Shown here: positions 41,045 to 53,940 of the stretch, one piece after another
How the letters are laid out: each line of letters opens with the position of its first letter
Numbering within the stretch: the first letter of the stretch is position 1
DNA from: Eledone cirrhosa
Taxonomy: Eukaryota
NCBI GenBank assembly: GCA_964016885.1
Contig: OZ024741.1
Span: forward strand, 113,212,001-113,276,000
DNA: 64,000 nucleotides
Direction: 5' to 3'
Notes under the pieces: model-generated
What the model saw: the letters and a program-made list of their open reading frames with translations, nothing else
The model's database searches: none
What the model was told of the DNA's origin: nothing
Program-made: the position numbers and the translations under genes

Positions 41045-41800
41045 GCCAGCTGGAATTTACAGATGACATGGTGTTATTCAACTCAACAGAAGGTGATCTT
41101 CAACTAGCATTTCATAGGTTTGATGCTCAGTGCTGCATGGCTGGAATGAAAATTAGTGCGGCAAAAACTGAGACACTCGTCCTTATCAAGGAAGCCTGCA
41201 CAGTACATGCTACATGTGAATGGAGTTCCACTGAAGCAGATGGAGAAGTTCAAGTATCTCAGGGCTATGTTCCTGAGTAATGGAAGGCAAGAAGCAGCAC
41301 TCAGTAATCAGAAGATGGAAGGTAGGCGTAAAAGCCAAGCTCGTCTTCAATTCGGTTTTTGTGCCAACCCTTATCTATGATCTTGAATCTTAGGTAATGA
41401 CTGAAAGAATATGCTCATGAATACAAGCAGCCAAAATGGGATTCTTCTGTAGGGTCTTTGGATCAACATTACTCGATAAAGTGCGTAGCTCGGAGATCAG
41501 AGAGTCACTCCAGGTAGAGCCACTACTTCTCTGAATTGAGAGATCACAGCTCCGTTACTATGAGCATGTGGTTAGAATGTCTAAGGAAAGAATCGCTGAA
41601 CAGATTTTACAGGCAAAACCAACTGGTAGGAGACCTAGGGGTAGACCCCAAGCAAGATCGTTGGATAACATCCATGAGCTTGACTGGTGTCACTTAGGGA
41701 TCCAGCCAGATCAGTTGGAGACGGTTGCTTCTGACAAGACCCACTGGATGGAGTGTTTGAGGACTGCCTCCACAACCCTCCCAGGAATAGATGGGTGAAA
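41045..41800 (+). mobile_element. Rex3/Expander-like (RTE group) LINE 3' fragment
   Basis: FTDD..., GMKIS..KTE, EKFKYL, IERSQLR..HVVRM..ER, GRRPRGRP. Confidence 0.75.
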
Positions 41801-42477
41801 AAGAAGAGACAAATTATCAAGAATAATACAGGATTCAAAGTACTGTGCATTCAAATGGCAATCACAACAAAAAAAGCATAAGCTTGTGTATATAATTTTT
41901 AGACATGCAAAAATAAAGAATTATGAGTGTTTTGCACAAATATGTTAAAATACATTAAAGCTGTTTGTTGGTATAGCAGGAGTTGTTAGAAAGGATGTTA
42001 AGAGATAAAATTGCAGTGCTTATTAGTTTTCTGAAAGTTTTTACCATAGAAAGATTTGAAAATGTTTCGAAGATATCTTGTTCATTAGAGACTCATACAA
42101 ATGTGAAATAATATTGAATTAATGCAGTAAAAACATTTTTCCTGAGATATATATCGCTGAAAGCATATATAGACATTTACCTATTATTTTTCTAGTCATG
42201 TTTTACAAAGGAGTAACTTAACTGATAATATCTCTTTTTTTCTCCACAATTGATGAAATACTCTAGGCATGTTGAAACAACCATAGATGTATAAATAGTT
42301 GATAATAATAATAATCCTTAGTCTTGATGAAATTTGAATTATAACTGCTCAGCAACTATAACTGTTCACTCCTGAATAACAAAGGGAAAAAAGTTGCATT
42401 GGGCTTATCTCATCTTACCAATGAAAATAGTGAACTATTACACTATAACCTCATGTATATATATATATATATATATA

Positions 42478-42610
42478 ATGAAGGAGTTGTGGTAAGGAAC
42501 CAGATGGACCATAATGCACCAGAGTACTCAATACTTAGGGTAGTAGAGTGGGTAATAGGAGTAAATATGACCCTGACGGCAGAGCTCAAGCCGTTTCTGG
42601 ACTAAAGTAA
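42478..42610 (-). mobile_element. PLE terminal fragment (hammerhead 3' half plus tail)
   Basis: GAAAC-GGC...GCC-GTC motif; the tail matches 53607-53690. Confidence 0.55.
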
Positions 42611-42760
42611 GAGTTTTTTTAAGGATGAAAGCAGTGATTCTTTGCTTAAACTTTAATGTTATTTTAATAAATATTTGCTCTATGGTTCTTATATATCTGA
42701 TATATATTTATCCTTATCGAGCCCTCTTTGGATTTTAGTCTTCAAATTTATTATTATTAC

Positions 42761-42797
<37 letters not shown>

Positions 42798-43269
42798 ATA
42801 ATAAATAAGACCATTGATGATTGACTTAACCCATCAACAAAGCAATCAGAAAATATTGTAAACCAAGGGATGACCTACACTTATAATTTCCATTATTATT
42901 AACACTTTTCCTTATACACACATACATGATATATATATTCATATTGTAGTCAAGAATTAGAAGGTTATATCCAAAGTTGGTAGAACACTCAGTCCAAAGG
43001 ACGAGTTGGATATAGAGTTAATTCCACAACAATTACCAAACCATACTTGAAAACATGTATTTCACCTAAAAAGAATTTTCAATTTGTGTATGGTTAGGGT
43101 GTGGATGGAAGTATTTTTAAACTGGGTGGATTCTGTGCAGAAGAAGTCAGTTTTCTTTAACGTAATAGGGGAGGTAGCTTTAAATTGACTGTTGTAGGAC
43201 AGATAACCTTTGAAGAATGATTGTTTATAATAGTTTAGTCTGGCATATCATCACTTCTCTGGTTATCCT

Positions 43270-43570
43270 GGGTCCTCAAATCTTTCTTCTAACAAGGTCA
43301 TCTTCAACAGAGTGGAACCACACTACAACACTGCATTAGCCAACAGCGGATTCTCTGAAAAAATGTCTTACTCCTGCAACCAGCATCACACTAGCAGCAG
43401 GAAGAAAAATAAAACAAAAAAAATATTTGGTTCTACCCACCTTTCTCACAAGTAAGAAATGTAAGAAAGAAATCCTCAGCACTCTTAGATAAGCACTTAT
43501 CTAAAGGGCTTAAATACAGATCCATTTTCAACAGGCACAGGGTGAACCTCTGATATTCCTGCATTAAAAA
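43270..43570 (+). pseudogene. Decayed Hydra-type PLE ORF fragment
   Basis: SNLSSNKVIFN...HYNTALANSGFSE, IWFYPPFS, LLDKHL.KG.KY.SIFNR; parallels 48600-48900. Confidence 0.7.
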
Positions 43571-44651
43571 TATGAAAACCTAAATTCCCACCAACTCTAA
43601 GAGTGCTCCCTGATGCGGATACTCTTGTAGAAAGCAACAATTATGCCCTCTAGTGCAACACACCTGCAGTCATCTATGAGGCTGAAGTTACATCTACCCA
43701 GCAGAACCAATAGAAAGAAGTCAGGACATATGTGGGTATGTTGCAAGGCATGTTTATAGAACCCTAACCCTAAAACGATATTATCAATTTTCACAAGTAA
43801 ATATTTAATACTATTTTACTTATTTACCTTCCTTTAGTACTATTTATCTCCCTTTGGTAACCTTCTGTTTACATTCTCCTATTAGTTTCTGCCATCTTTA
43901 TTTATAAGTTAAATTGTTTGCTCCATAAACACCTTTCCAAAATGAGGTCCATATCTATCCAAGTATCGCTTTTATTGTAGAATCCTCTCCACGATGATAT
44001 GAATTTACTTCATTGAATTAATAGGTTTATAAATTTCTTTTTGGCTCCAATATTAATTTTCACTGTATCGTTATCGATTTTCAAATCGGTAACCAGTTAC
44101 TCCACGTGTATATTGAACATTCAACCTCCGAAACAACTTGTCAGCCAGTAAATTAACTTATTCAAAGAATTATTGTTGTTTTCTCTGATATTTAATGCAT
44201 GCTATATATATATATATATATATACTCAAAAGTAAGTTTAATTTAATATGTCCTACATAGGTAAAAATATAGGAAAAACAAGTTGAATATGCAATTGTTA
44301 AGAAGGTTTATTTGTTTATTTACAATAACTTATAACTTTACCAGTTTCACAAGTTTCATAATTTTCAAAAATTAAGTTGACAGGTTGAGGGAGATCACAT
44401 GATTAGACATTGAATTCTGTGGAAATGTTGTGCCAAAAGTCAGGAGTGTCATGATTCTTTCAGTTTTATGCAAAAAGTTGGCTTGAATTTTTATGTTTAG
44501 ATTATAATTTGATAGGCTGGAGATTATCACGTGAGTAGGCACCAAATTTGGTGGTACTTTCGCACCCCAAAAAAAACAGCAGTATTATGGTTCAGTGAAT
44601 ATGGTTAGTGGCAATTCATGTCTCATTTTCATGTGTTCTGTAGTCAAGGGA

Positions 44652-44847
44652 AGTTTTTATTAATGTTCATACACTTAATATCTATACACTACCTTAGGTT
44701 TCAAGGTCCAGTTATAGCCACCACTGTATACTGAAGTAGCAGTTCAAAAACTGGTCTCTCCTCCACTATACAGTGGTGGCCATAATTGGATCCTGAAACC
44801 TAAGGTAGCGCATACTTGTAAAATGTGTATGAACGTTAATAAAAACT
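44652..44847. repeat. Long imperfect palindrome (MITE-like, ~80-bp arms)
   Basis: AGTTTTTATTAA.GTTCATACAC..CTACCTTAGGTTTCA..GCCACCACTGTATA / TATACAGTGGTGGC..TGAAACCTAAGGTAG..GTGTATGAAC.TTAATAAAAACT. Confidence 0.8.
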
Positions 44848-44949
44848 AAATAAGCTCTCATGTACTAGGTTGAGCACTTTTTCTTCTGCCTTATATCTAC
44901 AGATATTCTACAGACACAAACACTCACACACACATATATATATACATAC

Positions 44950-45160
44950 ACAAGGGGCGGGGGTGGGTGGGGTGAAGTCACTTCCTATTAAAAAAAATTA
45001 ATATTTTTATTAGTAAAATTTATTTTTCTTTCAGATTAAAGTTGAATAAAAACAAAATCCAATTATGAAATTTTATTTAAAAATAAAAAAATAGTTTTTA
45101 GTTAATTTGTAATGTTTTATTAATAAAATAGATCAGAAGTGACTTTTGGTCTACCCTATA
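44950..45160. mobile_element. Possible degenerate Tc1-type MITE
   Basis: AAGTCACTTC / GAAGTGACTT inverted ends, AT-rich interior, TA-rich flanks. Confidence 0.4.
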
Positions 45161-46511
45161 CGTATATAGTGTATTATATTTCTTTGGTAGAACACTCTTT
45201 TCCTGATTATTAAATCAATAAATTCGGTGTGCACATTATACATGAGAACTAAATGTTACATTTTTTAGTCAAGTACATGGCCATATTGAAGATGGTATGA
45301 CTGGAAGTAAGTCATATCTACCCTCCGAGCAAACTGATGTGTAACAAACAATCTACATTACTACAATAACATTTCACTTTTTTATGATAGTGATAATATA
45401 ATAAATGTTCATTAAATTTCATAAGTCTGCATTAAAGAGGTAAATTCTATGTTGCTGGTGCCAAAATTGGCACCTGCTGCATCATGTTTACAAACGGTGA
45501 TCAGCATATACACCTTCCCTCGTAAAAGATTGTATCAAGCTGTGTCTGACTAAATATAGCAATATTTTGCTTATGTATCATTCATATGGAATATTCACAA
45601 AATAAATGTGGCATCAGTAACAATGAAAAATTGATCGGAGTGTCATTTATGCTCCATCAAAGCTTTAGACACATCCTTGTCCAATAACCATCTCCTTAAC
45701 CAAAAATTTGAAATCAGTATATGTTACTCATATAAGATTCTATGTTCACGATCTCAGGTGTTTTTTTTTTATCTAACAGCAAAGAGTGCCTCATATGCCA
45801 GATAGCAGATATATTTTTCTAGCCCTTAAGGATTTATTTAATTATATTTAAGAGAATGTAAGCACTCAGCCCCTATTTAAAATGTCAGTTCAAAAATATC
45901 AGGAAATTTAAGCAGCTTGTAAGCAGGTCTCAAACACCATTTATTCTCTTAATACATTTTTTTTATATTTCTTGCTTTGCATTCACATGGTGTATACTTT
46001 TCTTCGTATATATTTTTAGATATTTGTTTCATCTGTGTTATCATGAGTATGATGCTAAATTATGATTTTCCTTGCCTTTATTGCTCCCTAGCCAATAGGA
46101 TTTTGTTTATATAATTTTATTTTTATTATATTCTCTTATATTTGTGCTTTATTGTTTTATGCCTTTGACTTGTGTCATTCCTCTTAATAGTATATACCAG
46201 GGCTATCAGGATGGTCTACTTAATGACCAGTGCTGCTATTACTAAAGTCATTTGTAAAATATGCTAGAAGAAATGAGCATGCTTTGAGTTACATGATATA
46301 TTATACCATAATTGCAATTATGCAATTCAGCATGACTTCTATGAAATTGAAGAGAGCCAGTATAACCACCGAAACATGTGTAGGAGAAATAAAATTATGT
46401 AACTTAATCTCTATTTTTTACATCATTATGTTAATTTCACAAGTAGGATGTTTCATTGATAGAACCAACTAGAACACACATCATCAGAATAAGCAGCATT
46501 CCAGATTTATA

Positions 46512-46555
<44 letters not shown>

Positions 46556-46659
46556 TATTGAAATTTCCGTTGAAAACAGAAAAGGTCATAGAAGTGAAGA
46601 GTGCTCTATGTAAGTACCAGAGCAAAATTTAATGCATAAAAATCAATACAATATAATTA

Positions 46660-46729
46660 CCTCATTACCAGAGGTTTCCCGAATGAGGCGAATACGAAAG
46701 AAACGTCTTCATTCGTTCGTCAGACGAGG
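46660..46729 (-). ncRNA. Type I hammerhead ribozyme in the 3' pLTR
   Basis: CCTCGT-CTGACGA-A-CGAATGA...TCATTCG-G-GAAACC tct GGTA-ATGAGG. Confidence 0.8.
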
Positions 46730-48062
46730 CAATATAAAACATGGCTAAATACTTGGAAAGTCTCAAGAAAAGCAAAAAAATTATATAAATATAGACAAAT
46801 GAATTACAATAGCCATATGAAATATAAAAAAATCTTTCAAGAAATATAGTTAGGTGTGTGTATATGTATGTATATACGCTCACAGATGTACATATATGTG
46901 TATGTACAAATGTATACGTATAGTGAAAAAGTGTGCATAAATATATATGTTAGGGCAAATGTATCTGTGTATCTGTAAATTACAGACAGACATGATGTGG
47001 TTTTCTGTTTGGCAGGTACACAGAAAAAATAGGGTAATAGATACATTATAAGAATATGAAGGCACGCGTATAAACACACGCACATACACTTATATGCGGA
47101 AGTAAAAGAGGTAAGGGTGTGTAATAATTAAAAGAAAGTATCAATCTCGATATATTTATAAAAATGGAACAATAATTTAGAAAGAAAAAATTAAAGAAAA
47201 GAAGACAAACAAGGTACACGCATACACACACACACGTATATCTACAAGAAACGTATATCTATAAGAAATATATATATATACACGCAAAAAAACGTGCAGA
47301 CAAAAGCGTATGCAAGCACATCTACACACACAGGATACACATATATACGCATATACGCCTCGCCCCATGTATATCTATTCACGCGCACGCACGCGACTGT
47401 ATACGCACACACACACACACACACACACACAAAAAACACAAAAATATACATGCTTATATACACACGCACACTTACAGATCCATACATTCGATACGTACAC
47501 ACACACACATACTTACACTCACGCATATTGACCTGTTTGCATGCACACGCATGAAAATGAGGATGTAAAAAAAGGAAGAAAAAAAAACAAAAAAAAAAAC
47601 ATGTAAAAACACGGATATAAAGACACATATACATACACATATATATATATATATATATACACACGCACATACGTAGGCGCTCGTGTACATATATAGAAAG
47701 TATACACACATTAAGGCGTTCAGACACATAGATACAGGTTGTAAAAAACTTGTGGATAAGTGAGTACAAATATAAAATTATAAGATTGGCTGCGAAAAAA
47801 TAAAAAATAAAACTAAAAAATATCTGGGGTGGAAAACACAAGTGAACTCTGTAATCAGTTAGTGAAGAAAATAGGGAAGTAAAAAGTGGAAAGTGAAGAT
47901 ATTAGGTAAGTGAATCGGAGAATAAAGGGGGGGGGGGGTTATTAGTGGATGTGAAGAAAAATAAAAAAATAAAAAAATATATAAAAATAAAAATGAAATT
48001 AATAATAAGGATAAAAATGAAAGTAAATCAGAAAGGGTAGTTATAAAGAGAATAATAAGAGT

Positions 48063-50199
48063 TTATGGAGGATAAGTATCTGAAAGTGTGTTAAGTTTAT
48101 ATGAGCTGGAAAGCAGGTGTGCTTTCATGTGTGGGCAACTGGTGAAATTTTCCGTCTTTGTGTTCAGGCAGGTCTTTGGTGATTTAAGATTTTGCAAGAT
48201 CCAATATTTTTCATTTATGCAGAGCATGCATTTTCTTGTTCCTCTTGCATATTCTTTAGATTGGTTCAAAATTGGTTCAAATTTATATTGGATACCTTGG
48301 TCTTTCAAATCCCATATTCTGCTAGCCAGAGCTGTTGTAAATCTTTTTTCTGGATGTTGAAAGGATGTGACATGTGAGTAATAACGCGTTTTGAATTTGT
48401 CTTGCGTCATACCCACATATCGTTCACTGGTGGCTGGATGGTTGTTGCTGATGGTTGTCACTTTAGCCGCATATACAATGGCTTTGGTGTTGCATTAATC
48501 TTGTAATGGGCATTCACTTTTGATTCTACAGGAGCAAGTTTGATGTTCTCTAGGTGATTTTTTTGTTGATGATATAGGACTTAATAGGGGGACCGCAGGA
48601 ATAGCTAATTTTGACACAGTTTCTGTTAAAGATCTTATAGTATCTATGTGTTCTAGGGAAGTGTTTATCTAGGAGCTCTAGGAATGTTTTGCCTACATTA
48701 GTTTTAACAGCTAGAGAGTAGGGGGGTGTGAACCAGATTATTTTTCTTTTCCTGTTTTTATGTTTAATAGAGTTAGTATAGTTGGGTATGTATTTAATTG
48801 GTTCGCTAAAACCGCTATTTTGGAGGGCTTTATTATAGTAGGGGGATGCCTTATTAAAAATAGCTTCTGAGGAAGAGAGGGTGGAGATCCTACGGCTAAT
48901 ATTAGGGATAAGGATTTTAAAAACTATAGGAGTATGGCAAGAGCCTTTATTTATATATTTTAAGTTTTCATTAGGTTTATGGTATGGTTTATAAGAAGCA
49001 GTAGGCAAATCTAGGTTTATATCTAGGAAATCTACATTGGAAAGGTTAGTGTCAATAGTAATTTTAAGATTAAAACTAGCGAAGGTTTTTATTAAGTCTT
49101 TCCTTAATCTATCTAAGTTATGGCCTATGGTGGTATGGGAAAGTATTAGACCATCGTCGCGATAAAGCCCAAAAATATGGTTAGGAAATTTTTCTTTAAG
49201 TGTGTGTAGGAGGAATAGGCCGACCAAATCACAAACATCAGCACTGTCATAAGAGCCCATTGAGACATCGAATGGGCTCTCTGGGTTAGATATTTTTATC
49301 CAAGTGTCATTATCAGTAAAGAGTAGAGTGTTTCTAGCGTGCAAGATGACATTCTCTTCAATATCGGAGATATTAGTAAACCTTCTAGCGAAATTTAAAG
49401 CTTTCGCCAAAAGGGTCTGAGTGATAGATGGGTAGAAATCTACAATGTCAAATTGGGTGAATCTAGAACTATTTTTGTTTTTAATATTATTAAACCAATG
49501 TACTACGGAAGAGCTATTTATCCATTGGAGTAATTTAGACTTACTTCTAATGTGTGTATTTATATTATTTAAAATTTTTTTGCTGGCAAGACCAATATCA
49601 GTCTTAGCAGGATTGATTAATCTACAACTAGGACGATTAATAAAGTCGGGTTTGTGATCTTTAAGGGTGATGTACGCATTAGGTTTAGCAAGTTTTTCTG
49701 TCCTATTATCTATTTTTAAAGAAACAGCTAATTCTTTAGCTTCCTTATTTATATTATGATACGTGTTTATATTAGCTATTTGGTATTTAGAGGTGATATT
49801 ATCTATTAATAGTTGGTCGTGTAAATTATTGTTAACTTCATATAGGTTTTTAGTTTTATCGGAGAAGATGAACTTATTATTAGAAGATTTGAATGTTGAA
49901 ATATCATTAGATAGTTTAGATTGAAAAGGGTTAGAGTACTTATGAAAATTGATATTGTTGATTAGGTTAACTAGGTCTAATTCAAAAGCGGTCATATCTT
50001 TTACTCTTTGCGGGTATTTATGAGTTTTGATGTCAAAATATTCCGTAGAATCCGTGTTAAAGTGTCCATCGAGAATCAAAGCTTTCCATCTCATTCTTTT
50101 AACAACCTTCTCTACTTTGTCTATCAGTATTTTCGTGTGGAGAGTGTTAGAAGGTGTTGGGATATTCTTTACAGAGTAATCCAAAGGGTATCTATCCAT
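48063..50199 (-). pseudogene. PLE reverse transcriptase plus GIY-YIG endonuclease; 1-bp frameshift in an A7 run (~48560) and an in-frame TAA (~48496)
   Basis: SDKT, RLINP, FDIVDFYPSI, MGSYDSA, YRDDG, FLDI, RKRKIIWFTPPYS, CSC....CPL linker, IVY...YVGMT..KFKTRY..H, CMLC..EK. Confidence 0.9.
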
Positions 50200-50422
50200 G
50201 TTCAGTATTGGTTTAAAATCCTATGACTGAAGAGTGCTCGACTTTAAAAGGGCTGGAAGGTGCCAATCTCATAAAGATGTAGAATATGCTGCGATCATTC
50301 CCTTGGGAGCTGTATAAGTATTGAAATTTCCGTTGAAAACAGAAAAGGTCATAGAAGTGAAGAGTGCTCTATGTAAGTACCAGAGCAAAATTTAATGTAT
50401 AAAAGTCAATACAATATAATTA

Positions 50423-50492
50423 CCTCATTACCAGAGGTTTCCCGAATGAGGCGAATACGAAAGAAACGTCTTCATTCGTTCGTCAGACGAGG
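50423..50492 (-). ncRNA. Type I hammerhead ribozyme in the 5' pLTR
   Basis: Identical to 46660-46729. Confidence 0.8.
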
Positions 50493-51087
50493 CAATATAA
50501 AACATGGCTAAATACTTGGAAAGTCTCATCAAGAAAAGCAAAAAAATTATATAAATATAGACAAATGAATTACAATAGCCATATGAAATATAAAAAAATC
50601 TTTCAAGAAATATAGTTAGGTGTGTGTATATGTATGTATATACACTCACAGATGTACATATATGTGTATGTACAAATGTATACGTATAGTGAAAAAGTGT
50701 GCGTAAATATATATGTTAGGGCAAATGTATCTGTGTATCTGTAAATTACAGACAGACATGATGTGGTTTTCTGTTTGGCAGGTACACAGAAAAAATAGGG
50801 TAATAGATACATTATAAGAATATGAAGGCACGCGTATAAACACACCCACACGCACATACACTTATATGCGGAAGTAAAAGAGGTAAGGGTGTGTAATAAT
50901 TAAAAGAAAGTATCAATCTCGATATATTTATAAAAATGGAACAATAATTTAGAAAGAAAAAATTAAAGAAAAGAAGACAAACAAGGTACACGCATACACA
51001 CACACACGTATATCTACAAGAAACGTATATCTATAAGAAATATATATATATACACGCAAAAAAACGTGCAGACAAAAGCGTATGCAA

Positions 51088-51900
51088 CATCGATCTTCGA
51101 TCAGGCACGAGAAAATGTGCTCTGTAACAACCCTCGCCGATAAAGCCTGGCAGCTCCGGAGGAACAATCAAGCATTCTCCCTTGATTGGCAAATTATTGC
51201 AGCTGCGCCTGCATATAAGCAAAATCATCGATTCTGCAAATTATGCAATTTGGAGATATACTGCATTTTAACGTCGGTAAACAAACTTTTGAACAGCAAA
51301 ATTGAACGTTCACTATACTGTAACCATCGTTTGAAAACGACTTCTTTTTTTAAATGCATATGATGTTACCTTTTTACACCACCGTTTGCAAATTTCTGTT
51401 TTATATGTTTATACACAAGATATGGCTTTCTATAATAATAGTACTAAACACTGTTTTCTGGACCCCTTTAGAAATAACCTGCTACTATAATAGCCCCAAT
51501 AACTTGTCTGTAACTCTGTACCACTTTGACCCCTTTAACTAAATTTTGTCTGAACAACACGCCTCATTAAGCTAACTGCTGCCAAAACATTCTCTCCTTA
51601 CAATCTCTACTAGTCTGACAGTCTTAAATCCTAGAACTCCCTCCACCTTACTCACTTCCCTCTTCCCCTTCTCTTCCTACCTCCTTCTTTCTCTTTTATC
51701 TAGTGTATAAAATATTTTCATATCATTCCAATACAAAGGTCTGACGATATGGTGTGTTTGCTTACAGTGTACCTTCGGTTTATGATAATATTTTTATATT
51801 ATTCAAATAGCGAGGTATAGGTAACCCATACACTATAGAAACAATTGTTACCTAATAAATTCTTTATACCCGCATTTCCATTTCATAAACTTCTTCTCCA
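51088..51900 (+). mobile_element. 3' fragment of a second Hydra-type PLE family (end of EN plus pLTR)
   Basis: TTLADKAWQLR...W.I...AY......CKLCNLE.Y.I....LLNSK.E....C.H, homologous to 48063-48461; hammerhead downstream; ends at (TA)n. Confidence 0.8.
51737..51853 (+). ncRNA. Type I hammerhead with ~90-nt extended stem II
   Basis: AGGT-CTGACGA-TATGGTGT...ACACTATA-GAAAC-AATT-GTT-ACCT. Confidence 0.72.
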
Positions 51901-51967
51901 TATATATATATATATGTTTTATGTATATATATATATGTTTTATATGTGTATATATATGTATATATTA

Positions 51968-52076
51968 TGAGCAAGACATGGTCACTTGACCTGGCATTGC
52001 TCACAACAGGACAACTCATCTAATCCATGCCAGCGTGGAAAAACAGACGTTAAACGGTGATGATAATGATGATGAT
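51968..52076 (+). mobile_element. RTE or RTE-SINE 3' tail
   Basis: CCATGCCAGCGTGGAAAAACAGACGTTAAAC followed by (GAT)n. Confidence 0.65.
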
Positions 52077-52454
52077 ATATTTGCATGTGTGTGTGTATGC
52101 CTATTCATACCTCACCTGAAGAAGGGAGAAATATTTCTAATTTAATATTGCATACAACTTAGAACTAATTCTGTTATTGGATTCACTTGAAGAAATATCT
52201 ACAAAAATATTTATGCTGCACCATCTAGATGCACACACATGTATGGGTGTGTAGGTGTGTGTATATATATAATCACATTATGTTGCACTAATGTGATGAA
52301 GGAAAATCACCTGCGTTAATTGCCAAAAATATCTGATATACTGTAGTAAAAGAAATGAGAGGGACAAAAAAAAACATATACACCTATACATACATGCATA
52401 CACACGCATATATACACATGCTGCATATATATATATATATATATACATATATAT

Positions 52455-52710
52455 ATCATCATCATCATCATCAACGTTTAACGTCCGTGTTCCACGCTTG
52501 CATGGGTTTGGACGGGGGTAGTCCCACTTGAGGCAAGAGTGATTGTCTTGCTCGCATAGGACTGTCTGGCAGGTTTTCTACAGTTGGATGCCCTTCCTAA
52601 CACCAACCACATTTACAGTGTGGGTCTGGGAGGTTTTTACCGTGTTGCCTACACGGCCACATTACAGCGTGGACTGTGTGTTTTTTTGTCGTGACACCTA
52701 CACGATCTCA
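52455..52710 (-). mobile_element. RTE-related 3' tail
   Basis: (CAT)n, TTTAACGTCCG..TTCCACGCTTGCATGGG, GGATGCCCTTCCTAACACCAAC. Confidence 0.65.
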
Positions 52711-52971
52711 TTTGTTTCGGCCTCGATGGCGCGGCACCAACATAACTTTACATAGAACGGGGTGGTGTGGATCGGGTGGGGGTGGGGGTGGTGGGACGGG
52801 GTGTATTTTGTTATATACATATATATATATATACATATATATATATACACATATATATATATATACACATATATATATATATACACATATACACATATAT
52901 ATATATATACACATATACATATATATACATATATATATATATAATATATATATACATATATATATATATGT

Positions 52972-53315
52972 GGAGGCACATGGCTTAGTGGTTAGAGCAT
53001 TGGCCTTGCAATCGAAAGGTTGTGAGTTCAATTCTCAGACCGGGTGATGTGTTGTTTCCTTGAGCAAGACACTTTATTTCACATTGCTCCAGTTTACTCA
53101 GCTGTAGAAATGAGATGATAGGGACTGGGGTCCCTATCATTCCACTGCAAAGTGGTTGTGGAGGTGCCATGGCAAAAAAAGCACCCACCACTCAATGTAA
53201 ATGAGGTTGGTGTTAGGAAGCGCATCCAGCTGTAGAAACCAAGCCAGAATCAGTTCCCGTCCCACCCTTGCAAGCAGGGAAAAAGCGGACGTAAAATGAA
53301 ATGAATGAAATGAAT
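52972..53315 (+). mobile_element. Full-length tRNA-derived CORE-SINE with RTE-type tail
   Basis: A box TGGCTTAGTGG, B box GAGTTCAATTC, CORE TGTTGTTTCCTTGAGCAAGACACTT, tail GCGGACGTAAAATG(AATG)n. Confidence 0.85.
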
Positions 53316-53606
53316 AGAAGTATGTTGAAGTAAGTGTTTAGATGTAGCATTGTTACTTATATATATATATAAGAAACATTTCTACATCTACATCTAAACT
53401 CTTACTTCAGCATACTTCTATATATTTTTTCCATCCCACTGATTGAAGTCAATTGTCTGCAGAAATTCTGCTGAAGACAAAACACTGCACATAATGAAGA
53501 AAGCAATAATGTTTTCTAGGTATATATTCAAACAAGGAAAATGTCCTTGAGACATCCCAATCATTATAGCCATCAGCCATATATATATATATATATCCAT
53601 ATATAC

Positions 53607-53704
53607 AACGAAGGAAGTGTGGTAAGGAACCAGGTGGACCATAATGCACCAGAGTACTCAATACTTAGGGTAGTAGAGTGAGTAATAGGAAAATACTTTT
53701 TTCC

Positions 53705-53770
<66 letters not shown>

Positions 53771-53890
53771 TATGTGTGTGTGGGTGTTTGAGTCCCAGGT
53801 TCTATCGAGGGTAACCACAGTAAGTAAGGTACTCGATACAATGTTTCCAACAAATTTAATACACCATTTCTATATTAAATTTGTTGTATA

Positions 53891-53940
<50 letters not shown>

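Larger units (their letters stand above)
46550..51087 (-). mobile_element. Near-complete Penelope-like element (probably Hydra clade) with tandem pseudo-LTRs
   Basis: Direct repeats 46550-47315 and 50313-51087 flank an RT plus C-terminal GIY-YIG ORF; the 3' end abuts (TA)n. Confidence 0.9.

Noticed and set aside
44125-46390. GAAAC-N-GTH half motifs at ~44130 and ~46371
   Set aside because: No intact CTGAnGA core or stem I found upstream; too decayed to call.
48063-50199. Selenoprotein-type (Naiad) PLE or programmed readthrough
   Set aside because: The EN is C-terminal, and the interruptions are a TAA and a homopolymer frameshift, not UGA codons.
52972-53045. tRNA gene
   Set aside because: It is the tRNA-derived head of a SINE, continuous with the CORE and tail.
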